From contig NMRA01000420.1 in NCBI GenBank assembly GCA_002633005.1, positions 288,070-352,069 on the forward strand: a DNA stretch of 64,000 nt. The letters run 5' to 3'. Origin of the DNA: Phoronis australis. Its lineage: Eukaryota > Animalia > Phoronida. Both the position numbers and the translations under genes were made by a program. Below, in pieces: positions 12,226 through 27,000 of the stretch. The notes under the pieces are model-generated. The model was not told where the DNA came from. It did not search any database and was given only the letters and a program-made list of their open reading frames with translations. Each line of letters starts with the position of its first letter. Within the stretch, counting starts at the first letter, position 1.

Positions 12226-13180
12226 ACTGTGTTGGACTCTTTATTTACAATTATTTTGCTAAGTAAAGTACCACAAAACTGATCACCACAAGTCGATTAC
12301 GTGTGCGAGACTGTACGAGAATCACTACCTTATCTAACTCCAAAACAAAAAGATTAAATGCAAGGGAAAGTGGGGAAAGATACTCCGATCTAGATAGTTA
12401 ACTGACGACGACTGGGAAAATCAGACACCCCAAGTGATTGAAATATCGGCGCATACGTCTAAGCTAAGCTTATAAGTGATAAGTGCAAGCTGATACCCAT
12501 TATGCGCATAAAGGTTGACCCAAACAAGCGACTACAATCATATTAGCTCCACGGCGGCCGTATACGAACTGAGGCCTACGTCATTGGTGTCAATGTTTAG
12601 TCCCGCACTGACCAACACGCGCCAAGTTTATTATAGAAATGTAACGGGAATCGGTGGAGCACCCGATTAGAACCGATCTATGTAGTATCTAAAGGTCGAC
12701 AGTTCATAGCCAATAGAAATTATTGCCCTTTTGACGGTACTTTCTTACTCGTCGTTCGTATAGCAGACGGAGAAAACCATCGGCCATGCGGTTGACGGAC
12801 AGAACTGAGTTATAGAGAGTGAAACAAGATCGAGAGAAGTAAACATATATAATGAGTCTATTACGCCCTAAAGATAAACTACAAAACTACAAACTTGCAC
12901 CAAGGATCACTAAAGAGAACAAAAATCGTTAGTTCAGTTGATGGTTGTGATTCTTTGAGAGTATAGAATCGTGAGACCCGGCAAAATCCAAGTCTGGGCG
13001 TGCATGACAAGTTTTGGGGCAATGGGTTTTCAAGTTAAAAGTAAAAAAAAACACTCAAAATGCAAAGTGAAAATTCCGTTACCGGAAGTACCAAATACGA
13101 GGATTCACAGACAACAGACACCCCTTTAAAATATAATTGACCGGCACTCTGGCGTCTCAGTGGAACCCAGTAGACGGAAG
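12226..13180. promoter_or_regulatory. Probable bidirectional UBXN4/STARD3 promoter with candidate STARD3 non-coding exon 1
   Basis: CpG-rich segment upstream of the UBXN4 ATG. ETS-like ACCGGAAGT at 13081 and a strong plus-strand donor AAG|GTAAGA at 13180/13181. Confidence 0.5.
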
Positions 13181-15724
13181 GTAAGACTTTGAATGCCCAT
13201 AAACCACGACCAGGTGCGTAAAATACAGTTTTCTCCTTGTCCAAGTTCCGCCATCGGAATTTGTCAGAAGCCACTGCACTAGCCAAGTCAAGCGAACCCA
13301 ACTGATCATAGGCTAACACAAATCATTCTCGGGAGTGGAATTACATTTTTGGTTGTGACAGAATTCAACGCACTAATATCAATACACCACTGTCCAGCTA
13401 AGTTACCCGAACTCATGTATATCTACCTTTTTGTGAACCAAATCATATTAGAAGCCCATAGCGCGGGGCTCAATGAAACACTGATGCGGATCATTTTCTC
13501 AATCTAATCCACAATTTCACGTTGTGCGAGAGGATGTTTGTTTTAATGGGATGATTGTCCCCGGTATGGAGTTTATTATGTCGGACTCTGTCAGTGAGAC
13601 CCAACTTTCCATTGATCGGTTCCACAAAAACGTCAATTCAATAAATCCAATGCTCTAACCTTGGCAGCCTGTTCAGGTTGAGTAGCAGCTATTGCGTTCA
13701 CGATCAATGGATGCCGATCAGTGAGGATCGAGACACCACCGTCCTTCGCCACTACACTGTGCCCGCGGAAGAGAATCTGAATTTACTACAAAGTGTACAA
13801 AAGGTCGTAATTACGAGCGTAATTATGCGCGACACTTTCACTCGAACGGCCAACGATATGAAACATTTGCGGTTGTTTCTGAACGGAATTTCCAGCTTGA
13901 CGTAATTCGTCAAGTGCCCGGCAGAATCACAATGAAAAATACTGGACACGAAAACGGGAACCGGAATGATAGATGGACTCGAACCTGTACGTTCAAATGG
14001 ATTACAAGACAAAATACGGAAACTCAACTTACCTACGAAATACTCGAAAAAATGAAAGATACAATCCTAAAATATTTCACCAGCAGCCTAGGTGTTAATT
14101 AAGAGGTAATGAAAATGTGATCGATAGAACGGCTTTCACGATCACGGGGTGCCCGTCGGTTCACTCGATCATGGCCGGCTTCTTGGCCAAGACAAAAAAT
14201 ATTTCTGTTCCGTTCCTCATACTAGGACGCGAACATAAGAGTAGAGAAAGGAAAGTTCTGACAGAATGTTGTTTACGTAGAAGATATCACCATAGCGGGT
14301 TCATCCGCTGTCCCGACCCGCACCGGCCACGGGAATCAACACCGATCTATTTAGTATCGCCTAGCTCAGTGTTCGTGGCCGATAAAAATTATTTCAACGT
14401 CGTGTACTTTCTTACTTGTTCATATCGCATACGAAAGGGTCATGGTGACAACTCATAGAGAGTGAAAGAAGAAAAAAGGTATGAGCTTTTATGCGCTGAC
14501 GGAATACAAACTACAAACTTACAATATAAAGTTCCGTCGTCATCTCCGCCCAAATTTTCGCCCAAAAAATACTTGAGCTTGAAAAATACCGAAAAACTGA
14601 AAACAATCCCGAATGTATATCTAAGACTCTCCAATAAATAAGATTCAGCTAGTTTGTTTGGGATTCCTCTGGCTGCGAATAGGATCGAGACCCGGCAGAA
14701 TCCACGACTAATAGTGTCGTGTGGGCGGCTCATCAGTTTTATAGGCGAATTCGCGGCTGTGAATGCACATGTACCAAAATACGCTGAAATACGGGTCTCA
14801 AGTAAAATGTTAAAACCAATCAAAATCCAAAGTGAAAATTCCGGCCGTAGTGAGGGAACACCAATAGACCGTGCACCCCTCTCCCGCTCTGAGCTTCCAC
14901 TGGGAAACGCCGGGACTCACGAAAGACTCGCAGTTGAATCAACATCAGACCTCTCGTCACACCTAACTCGTGGCATTCGCGGATGTTACACGCCAAAAGT
15001 GAAAAGAGTCACAGCGTGGTCAAATACTGCTCAAAAATGACAAGCCGCGCCTTCTAGTTGGCCTTCCTTTTATATAAACCACGGAATAACGACATGAGCG
15101 ACTACTTTAACCCTAAACACTACAAAGAAGGACCTACTTATGTCCCGATTTTTACTGTAATGTGTATCGACCAATAAATGATCGCTCGTAAATCAAAATC
15201 AGCTATTTAACATCGTTAGCAAAGGTTTGTTGGTATTCTATGTTCATATGTTGACACCTGGTCAACTGGTGGGGTTGTTGTTTACCACCGCCCCGATCTC
15301 ATGACGACATTTGTCCCCGATATCCCCTATTCGCCTTCAAAGGTCAAGGTTTAACTTTTCTTCATGTCACATGACCGACCGCGAACGAGAGTTTTCCATG
15401 TTCATCGGCCCATTATACGATCATCAACGTATCAGTTTTGCATAGTTCTCCAAGTATCACATCACATGTGAAACATACGGAAATCAAGCTCTTCAGCCCT
15501 TCTTTCTGTTGCTATGCCCATTAATAGGGTGAGTTTAATTCTGCCATTGATATTTACACTGCAGTTGCGAAGTTCATGACCCGGTAGCCAAAGTTTGGTT
15601 ATAATTCAGTAATTCATCACTGAAGTTAGATACTGATCACCATTTTACTGAGCCAGCTAGAGACGGTGGTCACTGCCTATTATCACCTCAGCCTGAAGTT
15701 CATGATAATTTAGATGGTTAAGTC

Positions 15725-16116
15725 ATGTTCATTTATGACTGCATGGTTATTGGACTTGTATAACTAAGCGGCCTCAACTTCCTTATGACGGCTAGACCTG
15801 TTTCTCCATTTTTGTCATAATTTTAGTCCTTGTTGTAGCATGTAGATGAATTGTATGTCAGTCTCTAACAGGCACTTATTAGCTGAATGGCCAGCACGCT
15901 CGCCAGTTTTATTGGGGTCAATGTTCATTTATGACTGCATGGTTATTGGACTTGTATAACTAAGCGGCCTCAACTTCCTTATGACGGCTAGACCTGTTTC
16001 TCCATTTTTGTCATAATTTTAGTCCTTGTTGTAGTATGTAGATGAATTGTATGTCAGTCTCTAACAGGCACTTATTAGCTGAATGGCCAGCACGCTCGCC
16101 AGTTTTATTGGGGTCA
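15725..16116. repeat. 196-bp tandem duplication
   Basis: 15725-15920 vs 15921-16116, one mismatch seen. Confidence 0.9.
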
Positions 16117-16220
16117 CTGGTTCGATTCCCGGGTCGGGTAAGTTCGGCTATCGCAGCAAATTGGCATAGTCGTCAAACACTGCAGATGTGATGCCGAGGA
16201 AGCACAACCAATGATGACCC
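16072..16220 (+). mobile_element. tRNA-derived SINE-like head
   Basis: A box TAGCTGAATGG (16076) and B box GGTTCGATTCCC (16119); no full cloverleaf. A more decayed A/B-box pair lies at about 48291-48350. Confidence 0.5.
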
Positions 16221-19200
16221 CCTGACCCCAGGCAGCTAGTGCAAGTCTAGTGACAATGTGTATTGTTTCCTTTGAAGTAAGTAGTCTGGCTATGATGTTT
16301 TTATGTGTACGATTCTATTTCTCTTGCAGCTTTGATGACCTCATCTGATCATCTTTAAGAGTACAAATACACATACAGTTACTGAGGTTACGGATAAATA
16401 CTGGTTAGATAAATAATTGTGAATCACGTATACTCTGCATCCTTGTCCTTGACGCTATGTTACTGTATGATGGCTGGTGAATATTCACATTGTTATATCA
16501 CAAAGTAGTTCTAACCAGGAAGCTCCCGTGACCCGTCAGGTAGATATCTTTATGTTGGGCACTAGGAAAACAATTTTCAGTACTTGTGAAGTCGAGGTCG
16601 TGTTTGCAATTTTGCAACAAATGGGAATTACTTCTAGTGACTGTAAAAAGAATTCAGAATGTTTAATAACACAAGTGCTTTATGAGGAAAAGTCAATCAA
16701 AACCAAAAATGAAAGTCATCATTTGAAATTTAAAAAATGGATTGTTTTACTACTTTTGTTTGCAGCACTTGTTAAGTCAATAATGTGTCTGAGTCATGGA
16801 TGATATCGGCTCTTTGGTTCTAAATGTGACTGTTCACCTGCACCGTAATATATGCAATATAGTGTGAAGTAAGGCTATCCCAGCTAATGGAGAGTGCGCT
16901 TAAGAAAAAGTGTTGATAAAGTAGTTCTTCAGTTACATCACACAAAACTAATTGACTTGTCAAAGTTTGTAAATTGAAGCTGATTAGGAATTCTCTCACA
17001 CTGCTATCTTTAAATAATACAGCGTTAGTTTAAACTGGGTGTAGACTCATTACCTGTAAACTAATTCTTGAAATAGATTGTGCCATTCAATATATACTGA
17101 GTGTTGGTCCCTCATTTTGACATCTGATAAATTGAGAGCAAAAAACAGTTTATCAACATAGGGCACGTTCATGTGACCAGGGATACACGTGATTGCTTCT
17201 AATTAATGTATTTTGCATTTTGAAAAATTAAGACTGGATTTATAAGAGAAAATTATTTAATTTGCAACACAAAAGTTATTTTTCGTCTGAATACCGTATA
17301 CATTTTCTTTACGTGTCTGTGTTTGTTGAGAAATACGACAGTAAATTTCCAGTCTTGCACCAAAATGTGTGTCATTTAAATGAAGAACTACCATGCTTCC
17401 ATATCGGGTGGATGTGCATCTCTGAAACCAAGACAGCATAGTGGTCGTGGTCTGGGGCCTGACTCAGTTTGACACCTGCTGCTCTCTACTTAGAGAAAAA
17501 GCTCGAGCCGACATCAAGTTCAAGCAAGGTCTTGATATTTTTTTCAAAAGCAACACAAGCAAGGTTTTAAACTGTTCAATCACGTCACAACGGGCTGTGA
17601 GAGTGAATGACTCATTGCGCACATACCCCGGTAATACATTGCTCACCTGGCTCAGAACAAGTAAGGGCAACCATGCCACTGCACCAATGAAGCTGGTTTA
17701 GGATGAGAAAACATGATATATGCACCACGTATGCTTGTGTCAATGCTGGCGATTTTTTTTTAAATGACCAACTAAATTGCAATACCTTACCCCTGTAATA
17801 AATTTAAAAAGCACCAGACCAGTACCATTACGCTTTTTGGCCATACTGATCTTGCATATATTTCCATTCCACACTCTTACTGATCATCACTGGTAACCAG
17901 TGTTGTGGTATTCTCTTCTCTCCAGGTTCCAGCCAATACAGTTGCTTGCTTTCACTTCCCCAGCTAGATAACCAGGTCACATGACCTGTATCCCCTTTCC
18001 ATGCTACTTTAGACAACCCATTTACTTTTAATTATCACTATTGGGTATGGCTATAGTTTTTTACACACACCCACGTTTTACTAAAAACAACACTTGGTAT
18101 CAGCTTGTTCCATGTGCTGATGAGAAGCTATTTGCGTGCTTGCTAAAGACCATGCTGCAGCGTAAAACAGTCTAGTGCCTAGTGTTCAGAAATAAGACAG
18201 TAGTGTCTAGTGTTCAGCAATAACCAACTACCAGACAGTTGTTTCCAATCCCAGAATGACATCTACATTAATTTTGACTTCAGAACAGATTCAAGCCAAT
18301 TTCATAATGGCAAGTGATCTAAGTCGGAAGTTGAATTTTGTGACGTAGGGAGAGTTTATAGCAATTAAGTAGCCTTCTCCATAAAAACACTGGATTTCAA
18401 AAGTAATTTTTTCTGTGGAAGGTTCCAGTAAAATTCTCCAGTTTGGGACAGTCTCTGAAATTTGGAACATCGAAATTCAAGTCAAAATTGAATTTTCCTT
18501 GAAGATTAGGACATAGCTTTGGCGTTTATCATATTTCTCAAATATTCACTACTTGCATACTTTGGTGGCTCTGCAAAAATACCAAAACTGTTGTGCATTG
18601 TATTATAAAGGACACCTCGTCTTGGCATCAATTTTAATAACACGAATGTGAAAGCGTGCATGTTCCAAACATGCAGAACCAATGAGAGCAATATAACCCT
18701 GACTTCAGCTCTATTGAAGTTTGCCTATTCTATTAATATTACTTGCTCACCTGAGATCACTTTGTAACAAATGGTGCTTTGGTATGTTGTGAAATCCCCA
18801 TACTCGGTCTAAGCTTACTTTTGGATGGTCCAGGGGTCTAAACTCCAAACTCGGACTTGACTCAGATTCAGACTACAAAGTATCATGCCGCATGATTCAT
18901 GTACCAAGTTGTAAGTTTAGTCCAAATATTACACAATCCGTCGATTTTCTAGTGGAGTTTTGAGTCCAGAGCAAAGATACTATCCTATAAAATCTTTGTC
19001 CAGGGGTTGCTTCCCAGGCTGAAGTCATCAACATGAAATTGTAATAATAAGGTTAGTGGCTAGGAACAGTAAGATCGCTGTATAAAAACCAGAACAAGGG
19101 AGATTACTCCCAAAACAAGATTGGTTTTAAAGGAATGATGCACGTGGCTTAATTCGTCACACTGCAAGATGGTGATTGAAGAATTCAATGTTTTTTTAGC

Positions 19201-20942
19201 CGGTTCAACAAGTTGTAATGCAGCTTCAAATGCGTAAAGTAACAAAAAAGCAAATCCTGCGGGACTTTTCTATTATTTGCCCACAGATTGTTATGTGGAG
19301 GTAATAATTTGCGTTTTATTGACTTTTACAAAACTTTTATTCCAGCTATATCGGCAGTTGGTTCAACGTTGATCCTAACTACTGGAGCGCCCTGTGGGAC
19401 CTCTTTCTTGAAGAGACTATTGGCTTTTGTCTTTTGATTTTAGCAAAAAGTCAGAAATCTGACTACGGATAGTCAAAAATTCATTTTTTGTCTTAGGGTT
19501 TTTTGAAATATCTTCTTTCTAGTCTAGCTATCTTTTGACTTTGAGTTGTGAACAAATTTTCTGGTTTTCAGCCTTAACCTGATTTTTAGCCAATAGACTT
19601 TTCAAGAAACAGGCCTGTGTTGGCTGCATTGCTTAAGAGCCTGTTTTATTCTTCAAATTGTATTGCTATTTTGATTTCGAATTTTTGTTTAAGTCAAAGT
19701 CAATATACTCTTCCAGACACTGACCCCTGGTGGCCATCATTTACTGCTTATTTGCTGAATTTTCGACTTGGTTAATATGATTTTTAATACACTTGTAGTA
19801 ACACAGTTTGTTTCAGCTCTCAATGAGACAGCATGATAATGCGGCCATTTCAGTGCTAAGATGCTTTGGCTGCCATTGGTAGCTTGTAGTGTCTCCCTGC
19901 CGTCATTTTTCACTTGTCTTTTATATTTTATGATTTTTTTTGACCAGCGACGCCAGTCCTTTTTGAAAATATTCAGAAAATTCAATTTGTTGTCCTCTTA
20001 TCTACGTCCGCTTTCAAGATGGCGTTGCATTGGTAAGGTAAAAAATACTAGACTAATACTTGATTATTGGATAACTTATTTCAGTAAATGCCTTATTGCA
20101 ATCCAATATAAAATGAATGCAAGGTATTGTGAATGAAAACTTATGCGGAACCCAATCATTGTCCTGTCTCCTTTTGAATTCATAATAAATAAATGCACAA
20201 ACTTCCTTTTGCACTGTGTTTATAGATACATGTTTACACTTGACATAACATAAGACCTTTCAGGAAGGTAAACGACTCTTAGGTCACTGTAACGGTTATG
20301 GTCCTCAGGCGCAATTATTATCAGCGGTAGTAATATAGTAACTAATACAGATTATACAATCTATTTGATAGAAAAAATACTCTTGTCTTGATATTAAATA
20401 GAATGCCACTATTCACAGTAAGCCGATAAATGTTGTAATATTTTCAAACTTTTGATTAGATTAACACGGCATTATCTATGTTTGGCTGGACTTCCTTCTG
20501 TTTCCAGTTAACAACCAGGATGGTCCTAGGAGATGTGTATTGACGTGTTCATTTTTACATTTTACTGACTCGACAAACCTGCTGGAACTTATTAACCATC
20601 TTAAAATGACCTGGTGCACTATCACATGAAGACTCATGATTTTAACATCATATTCATTTCTCATCTTCAACAAGTTTAACCAAGATAACTCAAGTACATT
20701 CAATCAGGACAATTTATTAACTAATTGCTTAACCGGTGTTCCTTAAGTTCAGAAATGTTCATTTTATGGAACACCCATTCAAAACGGGACTCTCTATAGG
20801 ACTGCTTCACAGAACATCGTCTCATAAGTTCAATCACTGTATTTCAGAGGCCATGGAGAGGCTTGCTATTAGTGCTGTCTGTCTTATAATGTGTGCTAAG
20901 TTCCATTTTGTCATTTCTCTGTCTCTCTAGCAATTAGAAGAC

Positions 20943-21031
20943 ATGGCAGGTAAATCACCTGGCCGGGATGAAGAAGCTGCCCTGGCTGGATCTATTCTAT
21001 ATAACAGCTTCAACAACTCCCAAAATCACAA
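20943..21031 (+). CDS. STARD3: STARD3 first coding exon (MAGKSPGRDEEAALAGS...)
   Basis: Acceptor ctctctag| at 20930, ATG at 20943, donor GTAAGT; phase 2 matches the next exon. Confidence 0.8.
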
Positions 21032-24000
21032 GTAAGTGATGAGCCCCTGTGCCTCTACCTTATTCCGTAATGCGTGTTTCTTATGACAAGGTCACACCAG
21101 TGACAAGTACTTAGTGTTCCCCAAGCAACTTTTCTACATTTCAAGACAAAATAATCGGACAAAAAACAGTTTCCTTCTGGTAATGACGGACAACTTTGTT
21201 AACAGTAAAAATGACTGTAATAACAATCAAGGTGGCAAAATTCTAATTACATAATGCCTTCGAGACCTTACCTTATCTTTTTCCTTCATTCTCGATTGTG
21301 CGGGAAGACTGCTCTGACTGTGAATTTGAGTTCTGCCTAGCCGTCATGACGGCCAGGGGAATTCCAGTTCATTTTGTCTGAATATTTTTCAATTGTACTG
21401 TAGTTGCAAATTTATGGCCACTGAAGGGGGTTAGCTGGCGACACTGGAATGTTGATATCTGGAGAAAACTAGTACGTAAACCATGAACTAAGTGTGCAAC
21501 TAACGATTAGCGTTAGGAAACATGACGGATGCTTGATGGCATAGATTGAATTCTGCGCTCTCGCGAACTTGGTATAACGGGTATGTAGCTCAACAGGGTC
21601 ATGCACTATGGTTCATTTTTTGTGAATAATTACAAAATCCAAATTTCTAGACAATAACTGAAGATTTTTTTTGGTAAAGGAGAGTAACTTTGGTCGTTGG
21701 ATAGATAAACTAGAAATATCCAAAGACTTGCCCGATGGTTCAAGTCTTTCACTCTGTAATTTGTTTCCTGTTGGGGATGTAAAGACTGAATAATAATGGT
21801 GTAACTTTGTGACATGACTGAGTGGTTTGGAAGTTTTTGAAGGTCTTTGTTCATGACGATATTTCCAAGCTGCGATTGTCTGCTGGGATCTTGCATGCAA
21901 ACAGTGGCACCGACCGGTGCAGTATTGTTGGGATTAACTGAATTATAACATGATTTACACGAAAAATGAATCATTTTCCCCACAGAGTTTGGCAAGTTAA
22001 TCGTTGAAAAATTACAAAAATTGCTGTTTTATGTATTTATATGTGGACGTATTATATCGTCATCTTTTTCCGTCCGGTGTCAATCTGGCATCCGTCCGGC
22101 GTCCGTCCAGTGTCCATCCGTCCGGTTTCCTGGCGTCCGCTGCTCTATCTCCAAAATCCTTTGACGCATGTTCATGAAATTTTGTACTAGCAGTTCCTTT
22201 TGTGGATGGGACGGCCTTAGCGAACTTTCGGACAGATACGACTACCGGTGTGCCCCCTAGTCGCAATTTTATTTTTTATGCTTACCTCTGTATCTTCAAA
22301 GGTCCTCAACGTGTTTTCATAAAATTTGGAGTATAGGCATCTATTAGTGAGGTGACGCTATCCTCCCATTTTCGGATGGATTTGACATAGTTTGCGCCAC
22401 CTAGTAGGCCATTTTTACTATTTTCGAGCCTGTTTTTTGGTGTCCACCCCTCTATCAACCAAACTGCTCTAAGGATGATTGTGAAAATTGGCATATATGT
22501 TCTTACTATGAAAAGGACGATTATGATGATTTTCCGATGACTTCGACTACTGTGGCACCTCTTAGTGGCAGTTTTTTTGTGCCCATGGCTGTATCTCTTA
22601 AACTGTTTGCAGGGTCTTTATTGAATTTAGCAAATGTATTTATATGATGTTGACAACAAACGACGATCGGACCACCGGTGTGCCCCCTGGTGGCAATTAA
22701 GTTTTTTACATTTACCTCTGCATCTTCAATCTAAGGTCCTTAACGGATTTTTGGAATATAGGCATCTATTAGTGAGCTAATACTATCCTGTTTTCGGATG
22801 GAATTAAGGTATTTTGCTTCACCTAGTGGCCATTTTTGCTGTTTTGATTCGACCCTTTATCAACCAAACCATTCTAAGGATGATTTTGAAAATTGGCATA
22901 AATGTTATCAGTGTGGAGAGGACGGTTGACGATGACTTTGACTACTGTGGTGCCTCTTAGTGGTAGTTTTGTTTTGCGCCCATAATTGAATCTCCTCAAC
23001 CCTTTGCAGGAACTTTTAGTAAGTGTATGAAGCTAACAATAAACGACGACAACTTTTAAGCGAATCTAACGAACACTGTGCTCCCTAGTTTTCCCTTTTT
23101 GTTTTTCTGAAGTTCGTTGACAGATTTTTATGAAATTTGGTATGTAGCTTTCTATTAAAGAAGTGATGGCATCTTCCTGCTTTTGGATGAATGAGACGGT
23201 TTGCGTCATCTAGTGGCCTTTTTTATGATACAAAAATATATAACCCTAGAAGCACCCCATTTGCGGTGCATTCGTGGGCGCATTTCAACACTCCGCGTTG
23301 CTCTTGTATGTTTTATGGGTTTAATCTTGGTTCACGTTGAATAATTTAAATATTGGAAAGCAATCACAGATCTGCTCTAATGCTCAACTTGTTGAGTTCC
23401 TTGAAGGATGTTCTGGTTTGTAACTATTGTATCAAATCACCCAAAGCTCAAAGCTAGCAATGTCTATGTCTGCTGAGGTGCTACAGAACATAAATGGCAA
23501 ATTTGAAACGCGTAGCTGCTGCATTAATTCCGGAATTTTGGACATAGTTAATTTTGCTATCTTTCTGATGATTGCTGAATTTGGGGGTGGCCAGTGGTGC
23601 CTATTTTTTAGATTTAGTATAAGTTCCAGCCTTTAGCAAAGTAATTGATAATTTTCACTGTCCTTAACTAGACAATTTTTACCGTGTTTTCCAAATGCAA
23701 AGTTGTTTCGGAGCTGCCTGACTCATACTTAAAGTTGATGATTTATTGGTTCCGCTCTGTTGCGCAAGATATTTAGGTGAGTTTCTATAAGGTTTGTGAT
23801 TTATAATTTTTACAAAAATAAGTAACTACGGACAGAGTATGAAACAGAAGCATTTATTCAAATGATAATTTTCAGCTCGACGTTGTTTCTTCGTCTCAGT
23901 CATTATCTCGCACTCTGTTTGCAGCAGTAGTGTCATGATGCCACCTGTTGAGGTAATTGAAGATCCTCACGTCACCAAGTGTTGCCGAATGTCAGCCGTG

Positions 24001-27000
24001 CGGAGAACCTTCTGTCTTGTCGTCTTGTTTGACCTTGTTTTGACCTTCATACTCTGGCTGCTGTACACAGAGGTAAATCTGGATGACATTGGTTGAAGGC
24101 TAGTGTGTGGAAAAAAGTGAGCTTGTGAGATGGTGTGCTCAGCTAAATGTGATACACAGCGATGTCCTTGGAGACATTTAATTGAATAAATTTGTAAGCG
24201 ACTAGCTTTAAGTGCTAAAACCACCATTTAGCTTGTTTTGACAAATGACTACATTGTCAGCATCATTAAACATTCCTTTAGTGCACTGCTTGTCACAATC
24301 GCGAATTCAATATCCCAAAAACAGGAAGTAGAAGGAAAGCAACTTCAACTGAAAGTGCCTGAGTATAACATATGAACGTATTGAGCACCAGTGTGTCATG
24401 TCGTCCAACGTTTGAGTTTTTTGTTCAAACCTGTGCCATATCCGTGCCTCTGCGGTGTCCCTCGGGAAGGTGAAGCCACAGCATGGTTACAAGTTGTCAC
24501 AACCAGCACAAACGCAATATCTCACCATTCCTTGTTATACCATAAACCACGGGAAAACAAGGAACAGCAACATCTGGTGGCTTTTCACACTAAACACTCT
24601 GTAGGATGACCGGGGCTGTGTTTGGTTGTCCCGATTTTACGTAGTATGTTTCGACCAATAAATGCTCATAACTCGATATCAGCGAATTAATATATCGTCA
24701 GACAGTGTTTGCGAGTGTTCTAATGTAACAGCAGATATACTGCTGAGGTTGTTCTTTCCGGTGTTTTTTGATGTGAAATTGATGAATTTAAACAATGAAA
24801 TTAAGTTATTTAATGCATGCACCCCCGGACTTCTGTTTAACCTTGAACTTGGACGGATTCTAAGAACGTTGAATGTGATCACAATGACACACATAGTCAC
24901 GTGCAAGTTATGGCAAAATCGTGAAAGAATTAAAAGAATTCTGGTGATGGATCAGAATTAGCAAAAAGACTTTTAGCTCCAGACAATTGCCAGTTTTTGA
25001 CAAAGACAAAACAGTCTTTAGACCAACTACATGGTTACAATTATGTTCCTTTTTGAATCATTCAGTTCATTGTATACAGTAGTAATTGATCAGGTGAGTA
25101 GTAAAAACTCGTTAGTTTGTGATATTTAGCATATTCTTGGCATGCAAGTAAATAAAGTGTTATTCCATGAATACGAAATTTAAAATCAGCGCATTATATG
25201 TAAACAATGACATATCAAACAACGTTTCAGTTTATTGTCACTAAACCATTCTCAAGACAAATGTTCACAATATTTCAGTCAGGTAACTCAGGTGGAGAAC
25301 AGTCTACACAGTTACACCTCAAAATGTGTTGTGAAGACAGAGACCAGAAATCAAAAGAATTGGAGCTCAAATAAACCAATGTTTCTGTTCAGATAGTGTT
25401 CTGTGTGATTCAACCCTATATGCATGGTCTCCTTTATGAGGAGCCTGAGGGTGGCGTTATCCTTGTCCAAGATCTGAACCGTAGTGTGACCAGTTGTCAA
25501 ACATCCGCAGATGTCTTAGAGTGGTTGCGTAAAAAGCTGTCAGTGCAAGATTTTACTTGACGCAAACCTTGCTTTTTGTACCTTGTAGTCCATTTCTTTT
25601 GTAAGTCCACTTACTTCTTTATAACTCTTTCAGTCTGTGAGCGGTTTTAACACTCCGGTAATTGTGTCCAGCTTTACCCCTCTGCTAATGTTTGTCCTTT
25701 GACACCCTGCGAGTAGTGACCTCTCTTGGCCATCAGGCAATACTTTTTATGTCATATGCGCCCAAGTTCTCTGCTTTGACTCCTCCTCATGCACTTGCCA
25801 TAAAGTCATTTCTCATGCCCTCTGTAAAACTGAATTACACATAACTGCAATGTTTGGCTGATGTGCAACAATTACCGTTTCATAGCTCATCAGATCTACA
25901 GCCTTGCGTGATACATTGATTAAAGGCATCAAGTTTCCTATTTTCCCTCTGTTTTACATCAAATTGTTGGAAACTCATTGTTTTCTGCTTCTTTTGTCTG
26001 ACATTCCTACTTTGTTTAATTCCTATTTGTCAAGTCCAAATAAGGGACAAACAAATGATGTTTCTCAAAATTGACAGTTAACTTCAAACTAATCGAATAT
26101 TGTTGGGTCGAGTGAACTTATTTCTATGAGCTTCAAATACAGTACATCTGGGGGATCTAGCATTTTGTCTAATTTTGCAGAAAACATGAAATTATTGACT
26201 GTAACCGACAATTTGTTAAAGTGAACTGTTAGTAGAATAAAGATTTAAAGCTAAACTTTGTTTTTTGTGTGTTTTGTGCAGTGAAAAAATGTTAAGCCAC
26301 TCCCATTTTGTGGGGAGTTTTCACTTATTTTTCCTATTTTTTACAAAAATATCATACTTGATGCCCTAATAATGTCATCAATGTTTTTTGTGAAGAACTT
26401 ATTAAATAAATATTATGTCATGTTTACAGTGAATAAATAACTACTCCACACCTGCTGATTAAAAATATTATACTTGATGCCCTAATAATGTCATCAATGT
26501 TTTTTGTGAAGAACTTAATAAATAAATATTATGTCATGTTTACTGTGAATAAATAACTACTCCACACCTGCTAAATTTAAAAAAAACTGCCGCATACTGG
26601 AAATTACTTGAAATTTAGGCATTGAACTTCGTCTTGGTTAGAATTTGCTTGCTTGATAAGCCTTTTGTGAACACGGTATAACTCATCTTGAAAGCATAAT
26701 GGAGCTTCAGAAAAGCAATTTTAAACTGTCCTGGCAGTTTTACCCTGATGTGACTTGATATATTGTGTAAAAATGTGTCTAGACTTTGGTATTAAATGAG
26801 GTGAATGTTTAAATTTCCTACTTTTTATCTGGACAGTTGGCACTACGGGAATCCTTCATGGAAGAGGTTGAAAACTACGACTTTAGGGCCTCAATGTTTG
26901 ATATTGTGGTGAGTAGAATTATTGTTTAGTTTGTAACATTGCAATACAAAAGTAATCGTATAAAATGACATTGATGATATACAGTGCAATACAAAATTAA

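Noticed and set aside
16072-16140. Possible tRNA gene (also about 48291-48350)
   Set aside because: A and B boxes are present but no convincing acceptor or anticodon stems; better read as SINE-derived.
23922-23927. NAGNAG acceptor in STARD3
   Set aside because: Would add or remove one Ser in a disordered N-terminus; a common feature.
25080-25099. Strong donor CAG|GTGAGT in a STARD3 intron
   Set aside because: Candidate micro-exons contain stops or break the frame, and the gene is complete without it.
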